A DNA stretch of 63,940 bases, filler included, from Folioceros fuciformis (lineage: Eukaryota), in the NCBI GenBank assembly GCA_049999805.1. It is 11 parts of 11 records of this genome, joined end to end, with 100 filler letters (N's around TTAATTAATTAA, not from the genome) between each part and the next. Parts side by side here need not be neighbours in the genome. Positions count along the whole stretch, not along the records: positions 11,758 to 32,702 come from JBNGIO010003304.1; 10 more parts are not named here. One strand, written 5' to 3'. Made by a program: the position numbers and the translations under genes. The notes below the pieces were generated by a model, which saw only the letters and a program-made list of their open reading frames with translations, was not told where the DNA came from and made no database searches. Shown here in pieces: positions 12,600 to 24,369 of this stretch; position 1 is the stretch's first letter; every line of letters starts with the position of its first letter.

Positions 12600-14300
12600 A
12601 CATCTTGTGTCTTTAGAAACCATTAACAATTTGGATCAAAAGTTTGGAAACCAACTGCTCATCGACCTAACTCAGAGTTCAAGAGTGTGCAAGGCCAATT
12701 GGCTTGTCTCATCCTATTTTTTCGCTCCCTGTATGAGTCGTCATCCAAGCTCTACTATCAACACAGCCCGGCCATTAAGAGGGTCTTAGTTTTTTATTCA
12801 ACGAAGGGCACAAGGAAAGGGGATCCGCTCAAGTGCTCTTTCCATCATGGCGCATTTTCGAGAGTTGTCTTCTATTGCCTTAACATTTTGAGAATGCCTT
12901 TTCCCTTCTGTGGTCGATGACACTCAAATTCTTGGGCTAGGAGCCATAGTCAAAGCAACCTTTGGTCTCTTCTCCTCGAAGCTCTTTAAGGTGAGGAAGA
13001 GGTTTAAGCTATCTAAATGCAAGGTTTGGCTCTCGTTAGGCATTATTCCACCCTTCTGCTTCACTATTTGAGGTGTAAGAGGATATCACCTACTTACATG
13101 GACTGAGACTCTTAGGAGTTCTTGTGAAACCTTCTAATTTTGTTTACAAGTTTGTGGATGCGGCTTTCGATGAAGATTTGGCTCATATCAAGGACCTCTC
13201 ACACATTAGTGACCCTTATATTGTGTTTGGTATTTTTTCTTCCTCCTTTGCGTAGCGACTAGGTTATCTTACTAGAACTGTTACGCTTTCTCCAACTTTC
13301 TTATTAAGTCTTAGGATGTTGTATAATCAAGTTATGCAAGCACTTGGAGACATCATAGGTTCCGACACCTTTGACTTTGCCATTGGTGATTTGGCCTAGA
13401 AACAGGCTTCCTTGCTAGTTGCCTTTTGGGGGTGTTGGCCTTTTGGGTCATGGAGGCCTATGTCCCAACTGCCTTCCTCGGTAACAAGGCCCTCTCGACT
13501 CCAATTTTGGCCTCTCGTTTTCTACTTCAAGATATCAATGGGCTTTGTTCTTTAAAGTTGTATTTCAAGTGTTGAGAACAGGTTTTCCCTTTACAAGTGT
13601 CTCTTAGGCTAGAATCCACAGAAGGGTCCGTAACAACCACATCAGCAAAACAAACATGTTTCCTCGTGAAAAAAACATTGGTTGTAAGTGAAACCCTGTT
13701 GTGCAAAGTATATAAACACTCCTTATATGGAAGGAGTCCACATTCCTTAGCCATGGAGAATGTGACATCCCAAACTACATCATGGGTAGAAATGTATTGA
13801 TCTCGATAGCACAATTTGCCAGGTGGGATAGGTGTCAACAATGGCAACCCCAGAATTGCATGTAGAGAGAAGAAAAGCCAAGGGGTGGGCCAAACCTAAG
13901 GGGAATCTCATCATAGTGGCAAAAGCTGTTAGTGCAATTCGAAACTTTTGGATGTAAGATCAAACCAAAAGCCAAGAGCTTGCTTCTTTACTTGAACAAG
14001 AGTAACTAAAAGCTTAAGAAGACATGGGGATGGATGAGTTCATGACAAGGGCTCTTAATGCTTGGCCATATTGCTTTTCCAGGAGGGAGGCCTAAAAACC
14101 TCTAAACCCCTCTTTAGAAAAGAAGGTTTATCAAGGATTGTGCAAGGAGTATTGTTGTTATAGAAATGGGGTTCTTCCTCTTTCCTTAGTGCTAGCCTTC
14201 AAAATTTTGGGAGTAGTAGGTAGTTTCGAGAGTCATATTAGAAGGGGCCTAATCTTCATAGTGCATGCCTCCTTTAAATTTCTTACATCCACTTGATATT
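12600..14300. mobile_element. Decayed non-LTR retrotransposon with a restriction-like endonuclease (CRE-like), internally inverted
   Basis: Plus strand has RT motifs: FFRSLY, S.KGTRKGDPL, VDDTQILG, LGV, QASL...GG.G. Minus strand (about 13610-14100) has ASSWL...F....R..LGL.HP....C..G and HDVV.D.....A...G.....E...DVVVTDP. Boundaries are approximate. Confidence 0.6.
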
Positions 14301-14819
14301 TTTCTCTTAGTAGTGATGCGTACAATTTCGGCTATTCAGCACCCTCGTTTTTTATGATCATATGAATGGCATTCTTGTCACTTAGGTTCTAACCAAGGCT
14401 AGGGAAGGCAATGATATTGTAGCATGGTCACATGCACTAAAGGACAAATTGCAAGGGATTGACTGTATGTAGATGTTATGTGCTTTCTTGATTGATGATT
14501 GCAAAGGAGAGAGAACTATTATAAGGCAAGTGTTCGGGAAGGAGTGGCTTGTGTTTTTGTGTTTGTAGCATGTGAGAAGAGTTTGGTTACAAAATTTGCT
14601 AAAGATTCTCACATGCCACAAACACAAAAATAGCAAATATGTAACCAAGCTCTTTTAACATGCCACAACTGTAAGGAAAGCAAGGACACTCTTAGAGAGA
14701 GCAAGAGGACGACATGAAGAGAAGTAGGGACTGTTAATTCAATAGCCTATTGTAACAATTATAATTTGGTTTGGGTGTTCATCATGGGATCCTTAACTAA
14801 TCCAACTTGTTGGCCAAAT

Positions 14820-15187
14820 GCTACAACAGGACGGGGTAACAAGAGATCATGGTTCCCAATCCATAAGAGGAGTGAGAGTACTCCTATGTAACAACAAAAG
14901 CTGCACTGGGGTTGAGAAAATGGTGTGCTGCACAGGTAATGGCACTGTAGGAGGCCATGGATGTGCTCACCAACATGGGCGAACCCTATGCCAACATGTT
15001 GTTTTTCATGATCTCAGGATACACTAACCTTAGGAAACCTTGTAAGGCCATACAATTGTATGATGACATGCATAGGCTAGGAGTGAAGTTAGATGGTCAT
15101 GACTTTATAGCTGCCTTGTAGGCTTCCACATTTGTGGTCAACTTCGAAATGGAAAGAAAAGTTAATTGTGATGTGTTGCAAAATGGC
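14820..15187 (+). pseudogene. Decayed PPR paralog fragment
   Basis: About 14942-15187 reads AL*EAMDVLTNMGEPYANMLFFMISGYTNLRKPCKAIQLYDDMHRLGVKLDGHDFIAAL*ASTFVVNFEMERKVNCDVLQNG, matching LQEAMDVFTRVGKPD...GRKVHCDVLHTG of the 19651 gene. There is a weak PDF-like trace near 14820-14895. Confidence 0.7.
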
Positions 15188-15698
15188 AACTAATGAACCA
15201 TGCATGAGTACAATATCTAGGGGCACAATACAACACTCGCTAATGTTGCCAAACTTGCACTTGTAGTCAAGTTCCTATAAATCATGTTCACCAAGGCTCT
15301 TTATAGCGTGATGTCGAAAGAAGGTCATCACCTAAGAAAGAAAAAGAAACCCATTGGTGTGATTGTAGTAAGCTTTTGTACAAGACTTGATAAGTAGTGA
15401 GAATTCCTTACCCATGGCCCTATCGGCCTCTAGAGCAAGGGAAAAAAAAATGTGATCATCATGTAGAGTGAACCTAAGGGAAATAAAATTGTCAACCTGA
15501 GGGAAATAAAATTGTGATTGTCATGTAGAGTGAACCTTGCTTGTTGCACCTCTCAACCCAAAAATAGCCCCAAAGTATACATCAATAGCCTACAAGTTTA
15601 TTTGTTTTTAGTGAATGTGGAGACTCTATACAAATGCCAAAAGTGTAATACAGGTATAGCCTACATTGAAATATTGATATGAGTAGCTGAGTAGGCCA

Positions 15699-15832
15699 CT
15701 ACTTTGCATATAGAGTAACCATGTAGAACATACTACTTTGCATATAGAGTAACCATGTAGAACATACTACTTTGCATATAGAGTTACCATGTAGAATATA
15801 CTACTTTGCATATAGAGTAACTATGTAGAACA
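15699..15832. repeat. 34-bp tandem repeat, 4 copies
   Basis: ctactttgcatatagagtaaccatgtagaacata units start at 15699, 15733, 15767 and 15801. Confidence 0.92.
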
Positions 15833-16714
15833 TTGATTTGAAGTAAAACTCTTATATGGAATAATTTGTAGGACCTTTTATTTTGTACTAGTCAAGGAAT
15901 GATGGGGACTCCAATCCACATCAACATCTTTTTCTTTTGTATTTCATATGTTTTACATGAATATATATTAAACTTACCAAAAAAATATATATTATACTCT
16001 TCTATGTCACTAGCTCTACCTTAATACTATATAGAGTTTTTTTTTTTCTTGTAACATAAGCAAGGTTGTGGGCTGCCAATTGATCCGCATACCCCTTTAT
16101 TTTTAGGATCTTGTTTACATGGGATATTTCTTCAGTTTGTGGTCAATTTACATACACTTTTAATTTAGGGCTTTTGTTTTTAGGGTTCCTATATGTGGGA
16201 GAACTTTCTTCGTAGGAGCATACACCATTGAAAAATCACACGCACACTCATTGTGTTCATACCCTTTTATGTTTCACAAAAAGCACACTCTCCTATTGAA
16301 AAACGGGCACACTCGTATTAAAAAATGACTCTCATATGCAACCGGACACACTCGTATTAAAAAATGACACTCATATGCGATTGGTGCAATGAATTGTGTA
16401 TTCCACACGTCCCATTATTTTGAGGGCCCCTTGAACACCGTTTCTCTTGCTATGGAGCGACTGAGTTTCCACCAGCTCCTCAAATAAACTTTCGATCGGT
16501 GTCTCGGGGTAGACCCTTCCGGACAATGACGTTCGGTGGGTTGTCCATTTGTTTAACCTCTGGAAGATACATAGAAGGGTTCATCCGGGTTTCCCATTTT
16601 GTTGTTGTTTTTAGGTTAAAGGATGAAATTAAGCGACCGTATTTAGTCCGAACAGGACACAATTTAAATTCTGTGCGATGACACGCGTCCGGCCCCGGCT
16701 AGTACTCTGTAACC

Positions 16715-19651
16715 TCACGGTCGACCCTTACAACTGCAAGAACCAGCTGCGAATCGATGCACACGATACCCATCCCTTACAACAATGTGTCTCTGTTCAA
16801 GCCTTGACATGATCTCCGTGGAACTGTGACAGTCACTGCACATGCGAAGATTCTTTGTTACTACAAGAGGTGTCCCACTCGGCGTGTTCAACAGACCGAA
16901 CGCCAGAGCCAACTTCTCAGCATGCCCGCAAAGAGCATCTTCCTTTTGCCTCTCAGCAAGTGGCTTCAAAACCAACTTCGTGTGAGGTACGTGGCCTCCT
17001 TCCTGCTTCACACGGGCATTGATGCTCTTTACCTTAAGAGCAACCTCATCTGTCTTTTCTCCTACCACAAATGTATGTACCTGCTCCTTCACCTCAATAC
17101 CTGCCACTGCCGGTTTCTTGTTAGCTCCTGCGGCCTTTCTCTGTTTCTCGATCCTCTCCACATCGCTCCACCTACCTGCATCTGCGTAGGAATTGGCCAT
17201 GAGCACGTACGTGGGAGCCTGACCGGGATCCAATTCAACAAGCGTTTCGAAGCACAGGGTTGCCCTCTCTATATCCCCATGGCTTTTGCAGGCATTGAGC
17301 AAAGACGTCAATCCGACAACATTCTTTTCGCCATCACATGATGACAGCATATTCTCTGCCTCGTCTAAACGGCCTGCACGCCCCAGAAGGTCAACCATGC
17401 AATTGTAATGCTCGATACCAGGTTCGATGCCATGCTGTTCGGCCATGGAATCAAAGAGCTTGCACCCCTCATGCACCAGTCCCCCGTGACTGCATGCTAC
17501 TAAAAGGGAAGTAAAAGTAGCACCATCAGGCACAATCCCAGCCGCTAGCATCTCCTCAAAACAAGCTAGTGCGTTGTGGCCTTCGTCACAAGTGCCATAC
17601 CCAGATATCAGGGCATTCCAGGTCACCGCATCCTTTGAAACAAGGCTGTCAAACACCTGCCTCGCATCTTCGAGTTCGCCACATTTTGCATACATGTCCA
17701 CAAGGCAGGTGCCCACAAGTAAATTACCTAGCAGCTCTCTTTCCACAATCTGTGAGTGCAGCTGCCTGCCCTTCTGTAATGCACCAGCGCTCGCACAGGC
17801 CTTCAGAAGGCAAGCTAATGTGACGTGGTCAGCCACAATCAGGCCCTCCTGTTCCATTCGTCCGTGCACGACAAGCGCCTCTTGGCTGAGCCCTTGATTT
17901 GTATACCCCGTAATCAGGGCAGTCCATGTTTCCACGGTCTTTGAGGCCAAGTTGTCAAAAGCTCCACGAGCACTGTCCATATCGCCACATTTTCCGTACA
18001 TGTCCACCAGACAGGTGCCAATCAGTGGATTATGTAGCAGTCCTTGTTCCACGATCTGTGAGTGCAGCTCCTTGCCCTCCTGTAACGCACCAGTGGCTGC
18101 ACAAGCCTTCAGAAGGCAGGCAAAGGTAACATGGTTAGCCAAAAGCAGGCCCTCTTGCACCATTTGCCCATACAGAACAAGCGCTTCTTTACCAAGCCCT
18201 TGCTGTGTATAACCAGATATGAGGACTGTCCAAATAACCACATCCTTCGTGTCCAAACTGTCAAAAACTCTGCGAGCATCTTCCAGTTCGCCACATTTTG
18301 CATACATGTCCACCAGGCAGGTTCCAACCAGTAAATTATCCCGCAGTCCTCTTCCTACAATCTGCGAGTGCAGCTGTTTGCCCCTCTGTAACGCACCAGT
18401 GCTTGCACAGGCCCTCAGAAGACTCGCAAAAGTAACATCGTTAGCCAGATTCAAGCCCTCTTGCTCCATTTGTCCATAAACAACAAGCGCCTCTTCGGAG
18501 AGGCCTTGCTGTGCATATCCAGCAAGTAGGGCTGTCCACGTCACCACATCCTTCGTGACCATGCTGTCAAAAACCCGGCACGCATCCTCCAGTTGGCCAC
18601 ATTTTGCATACATGTCCACCAGGCAGGTGCCAAGAAACAAGTTCAGAGGAATGCCAGTGTGCAGCACATCACAGTGCACTTTTCTACCAGAATCCAAGTC
18701 GGCAGCAACTGCACAAGCCTGAAGGGCAGCGGAAAAGACATGGGCATCCGCCTTCACACCAGACCTGCGCATCTCATGGTACAGTTGTATGGCCTCGGCT
18801 GGTTTCCCACCTTTAACATGCGCGGAGATAATGGAAACCCACAAGAAGGCATCTGGTTTGCCAACCCTGGTGAAAACATCCATGGCCTCCTGAAGCCTGC
18901 CTGCACCCGCATACAAGCGCACGAGATGGTTTCCTAAGTATGCATTTGTGTGGTATCCAAGTTTGATGATGAGGTCATGAAGTCGTTGCCCCAGAACTAA
19001 GTCCTTGTTAGCTGTGCACATTTTCAGGACAGTATAAAAGAGAGAGTGAGGCATACTACAGCCCGTGTGCGCCATGGATTCCAGGGCTCCCACGGCCTCA
19101 GCAAGCTTCCCTTGCTGACATAAGGCGCGCACGGTTACAGCCGACACTTGGCCCGATTCTGATCCTGCATACCTGCAAGGCTCAGGCTTATCCCACGAGC
19201 TCGACTTGCAACATGGAGAGGCAGCATGAGCCATGTGCATATCCAAGGAAAGCAGCTGCTCATCCACCCATGCTGGCTTGAAAACATTGTTTAACCAGAG
19301 GACCTCGCCGCCGGACCCCTTACGCCGGAAGTCAGGCCAATGCGAGCTCTTTTTATGTCGCCTGTTATCCCACCACATGCCAGGGTCCAGGAAAAATTCC
19401 TGCCATAACATCTCCTGCTGCTGGTGCCGACCATCGATAGACAATCCTTTCACACCCACACCCATTCTCGAAAGTGGAAGTGGAAGTGGAAGTAATGGAT
19501 TGTTTAAACTGCTGCACCTGTATACGGAGGGGTGGTTTATTCCCGCCCCTTGACTCCATGAGGTGAGATGAGCGGGAGTTCTCCCTAGAATTCCTGTACG
19601 CTGAGCAGTTTCCTGGGTCCACAACGAATCTGGTTGCCATAGTGTGGCCAT
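16715..19651 (-). CDS. PLS-class PPR protein, PDF motif + 18 PPRs + E1/E2 + DYW:KP (GRP-type) domain; candidate U-to-C RNA editing factor (978 aa)
   Basis: The intronless ORF-track start at 19663 is TTG; the first ATG is 19651 (MATLWQPD, homologous to the paralog starts). P-L-S triplets, P2-L2-S2, E1, E2, then KKPAVAGIEV...CGHAEKLALAFGLL...RMCSDCH...CSCKGRP*. N-terminal LWQEFF..WWDNR..PDFRRK..LWL..PAWV at 19253-19408. Confidence 0.93.
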   Translation of the reverse strand: MATLWQPDSLWTQETAQRTGILGRTPAHLTSWSQGAGINHPSVYRCSSLNNPLLPLPLPLSRMGVGVKGLSIDGRHQQQEMLWQEFFLDPGMWWDNRRHKKSSHWPDFRRKGSGGEVLWLNNVFKPAWVDEQLLSLDMHMAHAASPCCKSSSWDKPEPCRYAGSESGQVSAVTVRALCQQGKLAEAVGALESMAHTGCSMPHSLFYTVLKMCTANKDLVLGQRLHDLIIKLGYHTNAYLGNHLVRLYAGAGRLQEAMDVFTRVGKPDAFLWVSIISAHVKGGKPAEAIQLYHEMRRSGVKADAHVFSAALQACAVAADLDSGRKVHCDVLHTGIPLNLFLGTCLVDMYAKCGQLEDACRVFDSMVTKDVVTWTALLAGYAQQGLSEEALVVYGQMEQEGLNLANDVTFASLLRACASTGALQRGKQLHSQIVGRGLRDNLLVGTCLVDMYAKCGELEDARRVFDSLDTKDVVIWTVLISGYTQQGLGKEALVLYGQMVQEGLLLANHVTFACLLKACAATGALQEGKELHSQIVEQGLLHNPLIGTCLVDMYGKCGDMDSARGAFDNLASKTVETWTALITGYTNQGLSQEALVVHGRMEQEGLIVADHVTLACLLKACASAGALQKGRQLHSQIVERELLGNLLVGTCLVDMYAKCGELEDARQVFDSLVSKDAVTWNALISGYGTCDEGHNALACFEEMLAAGIVPDGATFTSLLVACSHGGLVHEGCKLFDSMAEQHGIEPGIEHYNCMVDLLGRAGRLDEAENMLSSCDGEKNVVGLTSLLNACKSHGDIERATLCFETLVELDPGQAPTYVLMANSYADAGRWSDVERIEKQRKAAGANKKPAVAGIEVKEQVHTFVVGEKTDEVALKVKSINARVKQEGGHVPHTKLVLKPLAERQKEDALCGHAEKLALAFGLLNTPSGTPLVVTKNLRMCSDCHSSTEIMSRLEQRHIVVRDGYRVHRFAAGSCSCKGRP

Positions 19652-20054
19652 ATTACCAAGCAAAGCACCACTCTGGGAACACGAGACTGGGGAGGTTGAG
19701 GCAGGATTTCATGTGAATGGCTGGCATCAACCAGGGGGCATGAGCTCTTCTGCATCATGCACTCCTCCCCTTCCAAAACACAGACACTTGCAAGGCAGCC
19801 ATGGAACTACCTCTTATCGGTAACGTGACTCGGGAGCTGGTAGCCATGAGGAAGACCCTGTTGCGGGAATTAGGGGGCCGGGCCAGCCTTTCCAGCTAAA
19901 TCGTGAATGACATACAATACTACACAGTATGTACTTATTTTACCCTCACCTCACTGGAGCATTTCATGACCAACGAACGAGACGCTAAGGGGGCAACGCT
20001 ACCGAGATGCGCATCCTTCATGACCCAACGAACCGGCTGCTAACTGTATCATGG

Positions 20055-20355
20055 CAGCATGGGCACAGAGGATGTGGTGGGACGGAATGCCCTGCCCTGA
20101 TATCTTTGTATGCCCAGCGATAAGCACCCGGCCCGAACGTCCTTTCTCTGTTATTCGGAGACATGGAGAGAGACAAGTCTCACGTGTTTTCTTTATGCTC
20201 GGCTTCTCAAGGGGTGGTGGAAGCAGTGGTGCCTTACAGGCGGGCAGCTCGCTGAGGACTTGGGGAAGCCTGCTGGAGACCTTTCTGGTGGGAATCTGCG
20301 TGGACATGTCTGCCTCCAAAAGTGGTGATCTGAATGAAAGAAGATGCACGCTGGA
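20055..20355 (+). pseudogene. Decayed PPR (P-L-S) fragment between two intact genes
   Basis: Reads TEDVV..NAL, then RLLK..GSSGALQAG...LLETFLVGICVDM..KSGDL..DAR across frames, resembling the central PLS triplet. It is on the opposite strand to both neighbours. Confidence 0.55.
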
Positions 20356-20649
20356 CTTTTTTTTTTTTAACCAAGGCCACAAAGAACATGGTTACGTGAT
20401 CACATAGAGAAACGAAGTTTGCTAGAAATGCGCACCAAGGCCTCTGGTAGACGCGCTTGTTGTGTGTGAGCGCACATGGAGGGGCGAAAGGCCAAATTGT
20501 AGTTGAATTTGTTCAAGCACTTTTTCCAACGAAGTAACCACTGACTCCTGCACCTTTTACCTCCCACCCCCAACCCCACCCCAAAGAAAGAAAGGGCCTC
20601 AGCTTCCCCCCTTCAAATTTGAGAGCACATTGCTTCCCAATCTTAGTGT

Positions 20650-23600
20650 TCACGGTCTGCCTTTACAACTGCAACTGCCGGCTGCAAATCGATGCACACG
20701 GTACCCATCTCTCACAACAATGTCCCTCTGTTCCAGCCTTGACATGATCTGCGTGGAACTATGACAGTCACTGCACATGCGCAGATTCTTTGTTACCACC
20801 AGAGGTGTCCCATTCGGAGTGTTCAACAGACCAAACGCCAGAGCTAGCTTCTCAGCATGCCCGCAAAGGGCATCTTCCTTCTCCTTCTCGGACAGTGGCT
20901 TCAACACCAGCTTCGTGTCAGGTACGTGACCTCCTTCCTCCTTCAGACGTGCATTCGTGCTCTCTACCTTCAACGCAATATCATCTCTTCTTTGTCCCAC
21001 AGCAAATGTATGTACCTGCTCCTTCACCTCGATGGTCGCCACTGCAGGTTTCTTGTTAGCCCCTGCTGCAAGTCTCTGAGTTTCAACCCTGTCTACGTCG
21101 GCCCACATGCCTGCGTCTGCGTAGGCATTGGCCATAAGCACGTACGCAGGCGCCCATTGAGGGTCAAGCCTGACAATGCTTTCAAAACACCGGATAGCCC
21201 TCCTTATATCCCCATGACTTTTGCAGGCATTCAACAAAGACGTCAAGCCTACTACATTCCGTTGGCCCTCACACGACAATAGCATCCTCTCTGCCTCACC
21301 TAGACGGCCTGCACGCCCAAGTAGATCAATCATGCAATTGTAATGCTCAGTTGTGGGGCTGATGCCATACTGTTCAGCCATACAACCAAGGAGCTTGCGG
21401 CCTTCATCCACCAGCCCCTCATGACTGCACGCTACCAGAAGGCACGTAAAAGTAGCCTCATTAGGCTGAATGCCAGCGACTAACATCTCATCAAAACACG
21501 CGAGTGCCTTCTGACCTTCATCACAAGTACCATACCCAGATATCAGGGCGGTCCAAGTCACCACATCCTTCGTGGCCAAGCTGTCAAAGACCCGGCGTGC
21601 GCCTTCTAGACTGCCACACTTTGCATACATATCCACAAGGCAGTTGCCCAACACCACGTTGTCCAGAAGTCCTCTTTCAACAATCAGTGAGTGCAGCTGC
21701 CTGCCCTTCTGTAAAGCACCGCTGCTTGCACACGCCTTAACAAGGCAAGCAAATGTCACATCGTCCGCCACGACCAGGCCCTCCTGCTCTAATTGTCCAT
21801 ATAGAGCAAGCGCCTCTTGTCCCAGCCCTTGCTCAGTATACCCCGCAATCAGGGCATTCCATGTCACCACGTTCTTTGTGCCCATGCTTTCAAAAAGCTG
21901 GCGTGCATCTTCAAATTCACCAAATTTTGCATACCCAGATATCAGCGCAGTCCATGTCACCACATCCTTTTTGTTCATGCTGTCAAAAACCTGGCGTGCG
22001 TCTTCCAGTTCACCACATTTTGCATACATGTCTACTAAGCAGTTGCCTAACACTAGGTCATCCAGCAGTTCTCTTCCAACAATCTGCGAGTGCAGCTGCC
22101 TGCCCTTTTGTAAGGCGCCAGTGCTTCCACATGCGTTCAGAAGGCAAGAAAAAGTCATACCGTCAGCTAAAATGAGGCCCGCCTCCTCCATTTGTCCATG
22201 CACATCCAGAGCCTCCTGGCCCCGTCCTTGCTGTGAGTACCCAGCGATCAGAGCCGTCCACGTCACTACGTTCTTCGTGCCCAAGCGGTCAAAAACCTGG
22301 CGGGCATCCTCCAGCTCACCACATTTTGCATACATGTCGACCAAGCAGGTGCCCACCACTACGTTATCCAGCAGTCCCCTTTCGACGACCAGTGAATGCA
22401 GCTGCCTGCCCTTCTGTAAGGCACCAGTGCTTGCACACGCCGTCAGGAGGCAAGCAAAAGTGACATGATTCGCCAAAAGCAGCCCCTGGCGCTCCATTTG
22501 TCCATACAAAACGAGTGCCTCATGTCCAAGCCCTTGCTGGGAATACCCACATATCAGAGCATTCCATGTAATCACATCCTTCGTGGCCATGCTGTCGAAA
22601 ACCTGGCGTGCATCTTTCATTTCACCACACTTCGCATACATGTCCACCAGGCGGTTGCCCAACACTACATCATCCATTAGTCCTCTTTCCACAATCTGTG
22701 AGTGCAATTGCCTGCCCTTCTGTAAGGCGCCGGTGCTTGAACAGGCCTTCAGAAGGCAAGCAAAAGTAGCCCGGTCAGCCAAAACCAGCCCTTCCCGCTC
22801 CATTTGTTCATACACAACAAGTGCTTCATGTCTGGGCCCTTGGTCGGCAGTCCCAGAGATCAAGGCATTCCGTTTCACCACATCCGGCGTAGCAATACTG
22901 TCCAAATCCTGACGTGCATCTTTCAGTTCACGACAATTTGCATACCCAGCAATCAGAGCATTCCATGTCACCAGGTCCTTTGAGGCCATGTGGTCGAAAA
23001 CCTGGCGTGCATCTTGTAGTTGGCCACATCTTGCATACATATCCACCAGGCAGGTGCCCACCACTACGTTATCCAGCAGCCCTCTTTCGACAATCAGTGA
23101 GTGAAGCTGTCTGCCTTTGTGCAAGGCACCAATACTTCCACAGGCCTTCAGAAGGCAAGCAAAAGTAACATGGTCCGCCAGAACCAGCTCCCCCTGCTCC
23201 ATCTTTCCATACGTAACAAGTGCCTCGTGTCCGAGCCCTTGCTGGGCATACCCGGATATCAGGGCATTCCATGTAACTACATCCTTTGTGGTCATGCTGT
23301 CAAACACCTGGCGTGCGTCTTTCAGTTCGCCACATTTGGCATACATGTCCACCAAGCAGTTGCCAACGAACAAGTTGGTAGGAATGCCGCTGTTTAAAAC
23401 ATCACGGTGCACTCTCCTGCCAGATTCCAAGTCAGCAGCAAAAGCACAGGCTTGAAGGGCAGCTACATAGACGTGAGCATCCGCCTTCACGCCTGACCTA
23501 CACATGATATTGTATAGTCGTAAGGCCTCCTTGGGTTTCCCATGCTTGGCGTATGCAGAGATTATGGAAAACCAGACGAAGGCATCTGGTTTCCCCACCC

Positions 23601-24369
23601 TGGTGAACGCATCCATGGCCTCCTGCAGCCTACCTCCACGTGCATACATGCGCAAGATATGGTTTCCCATGTGTGCATTGGAATCGTAACCAAGCTTCGC
23701 AGTGAGATGGTGAACTCGTCGGCCCATAGCAAAATCCTTCTTAGCTGTACACAGTTTCAACACCGCATAAAACAGAGACGAAGGAAGTGCAGAGTCTGTC
23801 TGTGCCGCAAGAGATTCCAGGGCTCCAATGGCCTCAGAAAGCTTCCCCTGCTGACAAAACATGGTGACGGTCTCAGCCGTGAGGACACCCATTCCGGATC
23901 TTGCACGCTTTCCAGGTTCAGGCTTAAGCAAAGAGGCGGACGCTGAAGGCGTGGCAGCATGACCACCCATCTGCATATCCAAGGAAACGAGCTGCTCATC
24001 CACCCAAGCTGGCTTGGACCTGTCGTTCAGCCACAGGACCTCGCCGGACCCCTTACGCCGAAAGTCGGGCGAACGGGAGCTCCTCTTCTCTCGTCTGTTG
24101 TCCCACCACATGGTAGGCTCCAGAAAAAATTGTTGCCATAAGTGCTCCTGCTTCTGGCAACGAGCATCTGTTGACAAGGCGTCCCCACCCGAACATTTTG
24201 TGGGAAGTGGAAGTGCAAGTGCTGTGCTCCTTACGCTACTGCACCTGGAGGCTCTGCTTGCCAGAGGTTCACTCCCTAAGACATGGTGAGCGGCAGCTCC
24301 CGCTAGAATCGCAGTACATACACCAATTTGTTGAGTCCACTGCGGGTCCGGTTGCCATACCGTAGCCAT
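20650..24369 (-). CDS. PLS-class PPR protein, PDF motif + 26 PPRs + E1/E2 + DYW:KP (GRP-type) domain (1239 aa)
   Basis: The ORF-track start at 24492 is GTG; the first ATG is 24369 (MATVWQPD). Five central PLS triplets plus two SS motifs; KKPAVATIEV, HAEKLA, CSDCH, CSCKGRP*. PDF motif at 23989-24141. Confidence 0.93.
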   Translation of the reverse strand: MATVWQPDPQWTQQIGVCTAILAGAAAHHVLGSEPLASRASRCSSVRSTALALPLPTKCSGGDALSTDARCQKQEHLWQQFFLEPTMWWDNRREKRSSRSPDFRRKGSGEVLWLNDRSKPAWVDEQLVSLDMQMGGHAATPSASASLLKPEPGKRARSGMGVLTAETVTMFCQQGKLSEAIGALESLAAQTDSALPSSLFYAVLKLCTAKKDFAMGRRVHHLTAKLGYDSNAHMGNHILRMYARGGRLQEAMDAFTRVGKPDAFVWFSIISAYAKHGKPKEALRLYNIMCRSGVKADAHVYVAALQACAFAADLESGRRVHRDVLNSGIPTNLFVGNCLVDMYAKCGELKDARQVFDSMTTKDVVTWNALISGYAQQGLGHEALVTYGKMEQGELVLADHVTFACLLKACGSIGALHKGRQLHSLIVERGLLDNVVVGTCLVDMYARCGQLQDARQVFDHMASKDLVTWNALIAGYANCRELKDARQDLDSIATPDVVKRNALISGTADQGPRHEALVVYEQMEREGLVLADRATFACLLKACSSTGALQKGRQLHSQIVERGLMDDVVLGNRLVDMYAKCGEMKDARQVFDSMATKDVITWNALICGYSQQGLGHEALVLYGQMERQGLLLANHVTFACLLTACASTGALQKGRQLHSLVVERGLLDNVVVGTCLVDMYAKCGELEDARQVFDRLGTKNVVTWTALIAGYSQQGRGQEALDVHGQMEEAGLILADGMTFSCLLNACGSTGALQKGRQLHSQIVGRELLDDLVLGNCLVDMYAKCGELEDARQVFDSMNKKDVVTWTALISGYAKFGEFEDARQLFESMGTKNVVTWNALIAGYTEQGLGQEALALYGQLEQEGLVVADDVTFACLVKACASSGALQKGRQLHSLIVERGLLDNVVLGNCLVDMYAKCGSLEGARRVFDSLATKDVVTWTALISGYGTCDEGQKALACFDEMLVAGIQPNEATFTCLLVACSHEGLVDEGRKLLGCMAEQYGISPTTEHYNCMIDLLGRAGRLGEAERMLLSCEGQRNVVGLTSLLNACKSHGDIRRAIRCFESIVRLDPQWAPAYVLMANAYADAGMWADVDRVETQRLAAGANKKPAVATIEVKEQVHTFAVGQRRDDIALKVESTNARLKEEGGHVPDTKLVLKPLSEKEKEDALCGHAEKLALAFGLLNTPNGTPLVVTKNLRMCSDCHSSTQIMSRLEQRDIVVRDGYRVHRFAAGSCSCKGRP

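Noticed and set aside
15699-15832. Short tandem arrays (34, 41, 46 and 61 bp) as possible CRISPR-like arrays
   Set aside because: Head-to-tail units with no unique spacers, in a eukaryotic and mostly LTR-associated context; these are ordinary minisatellites.
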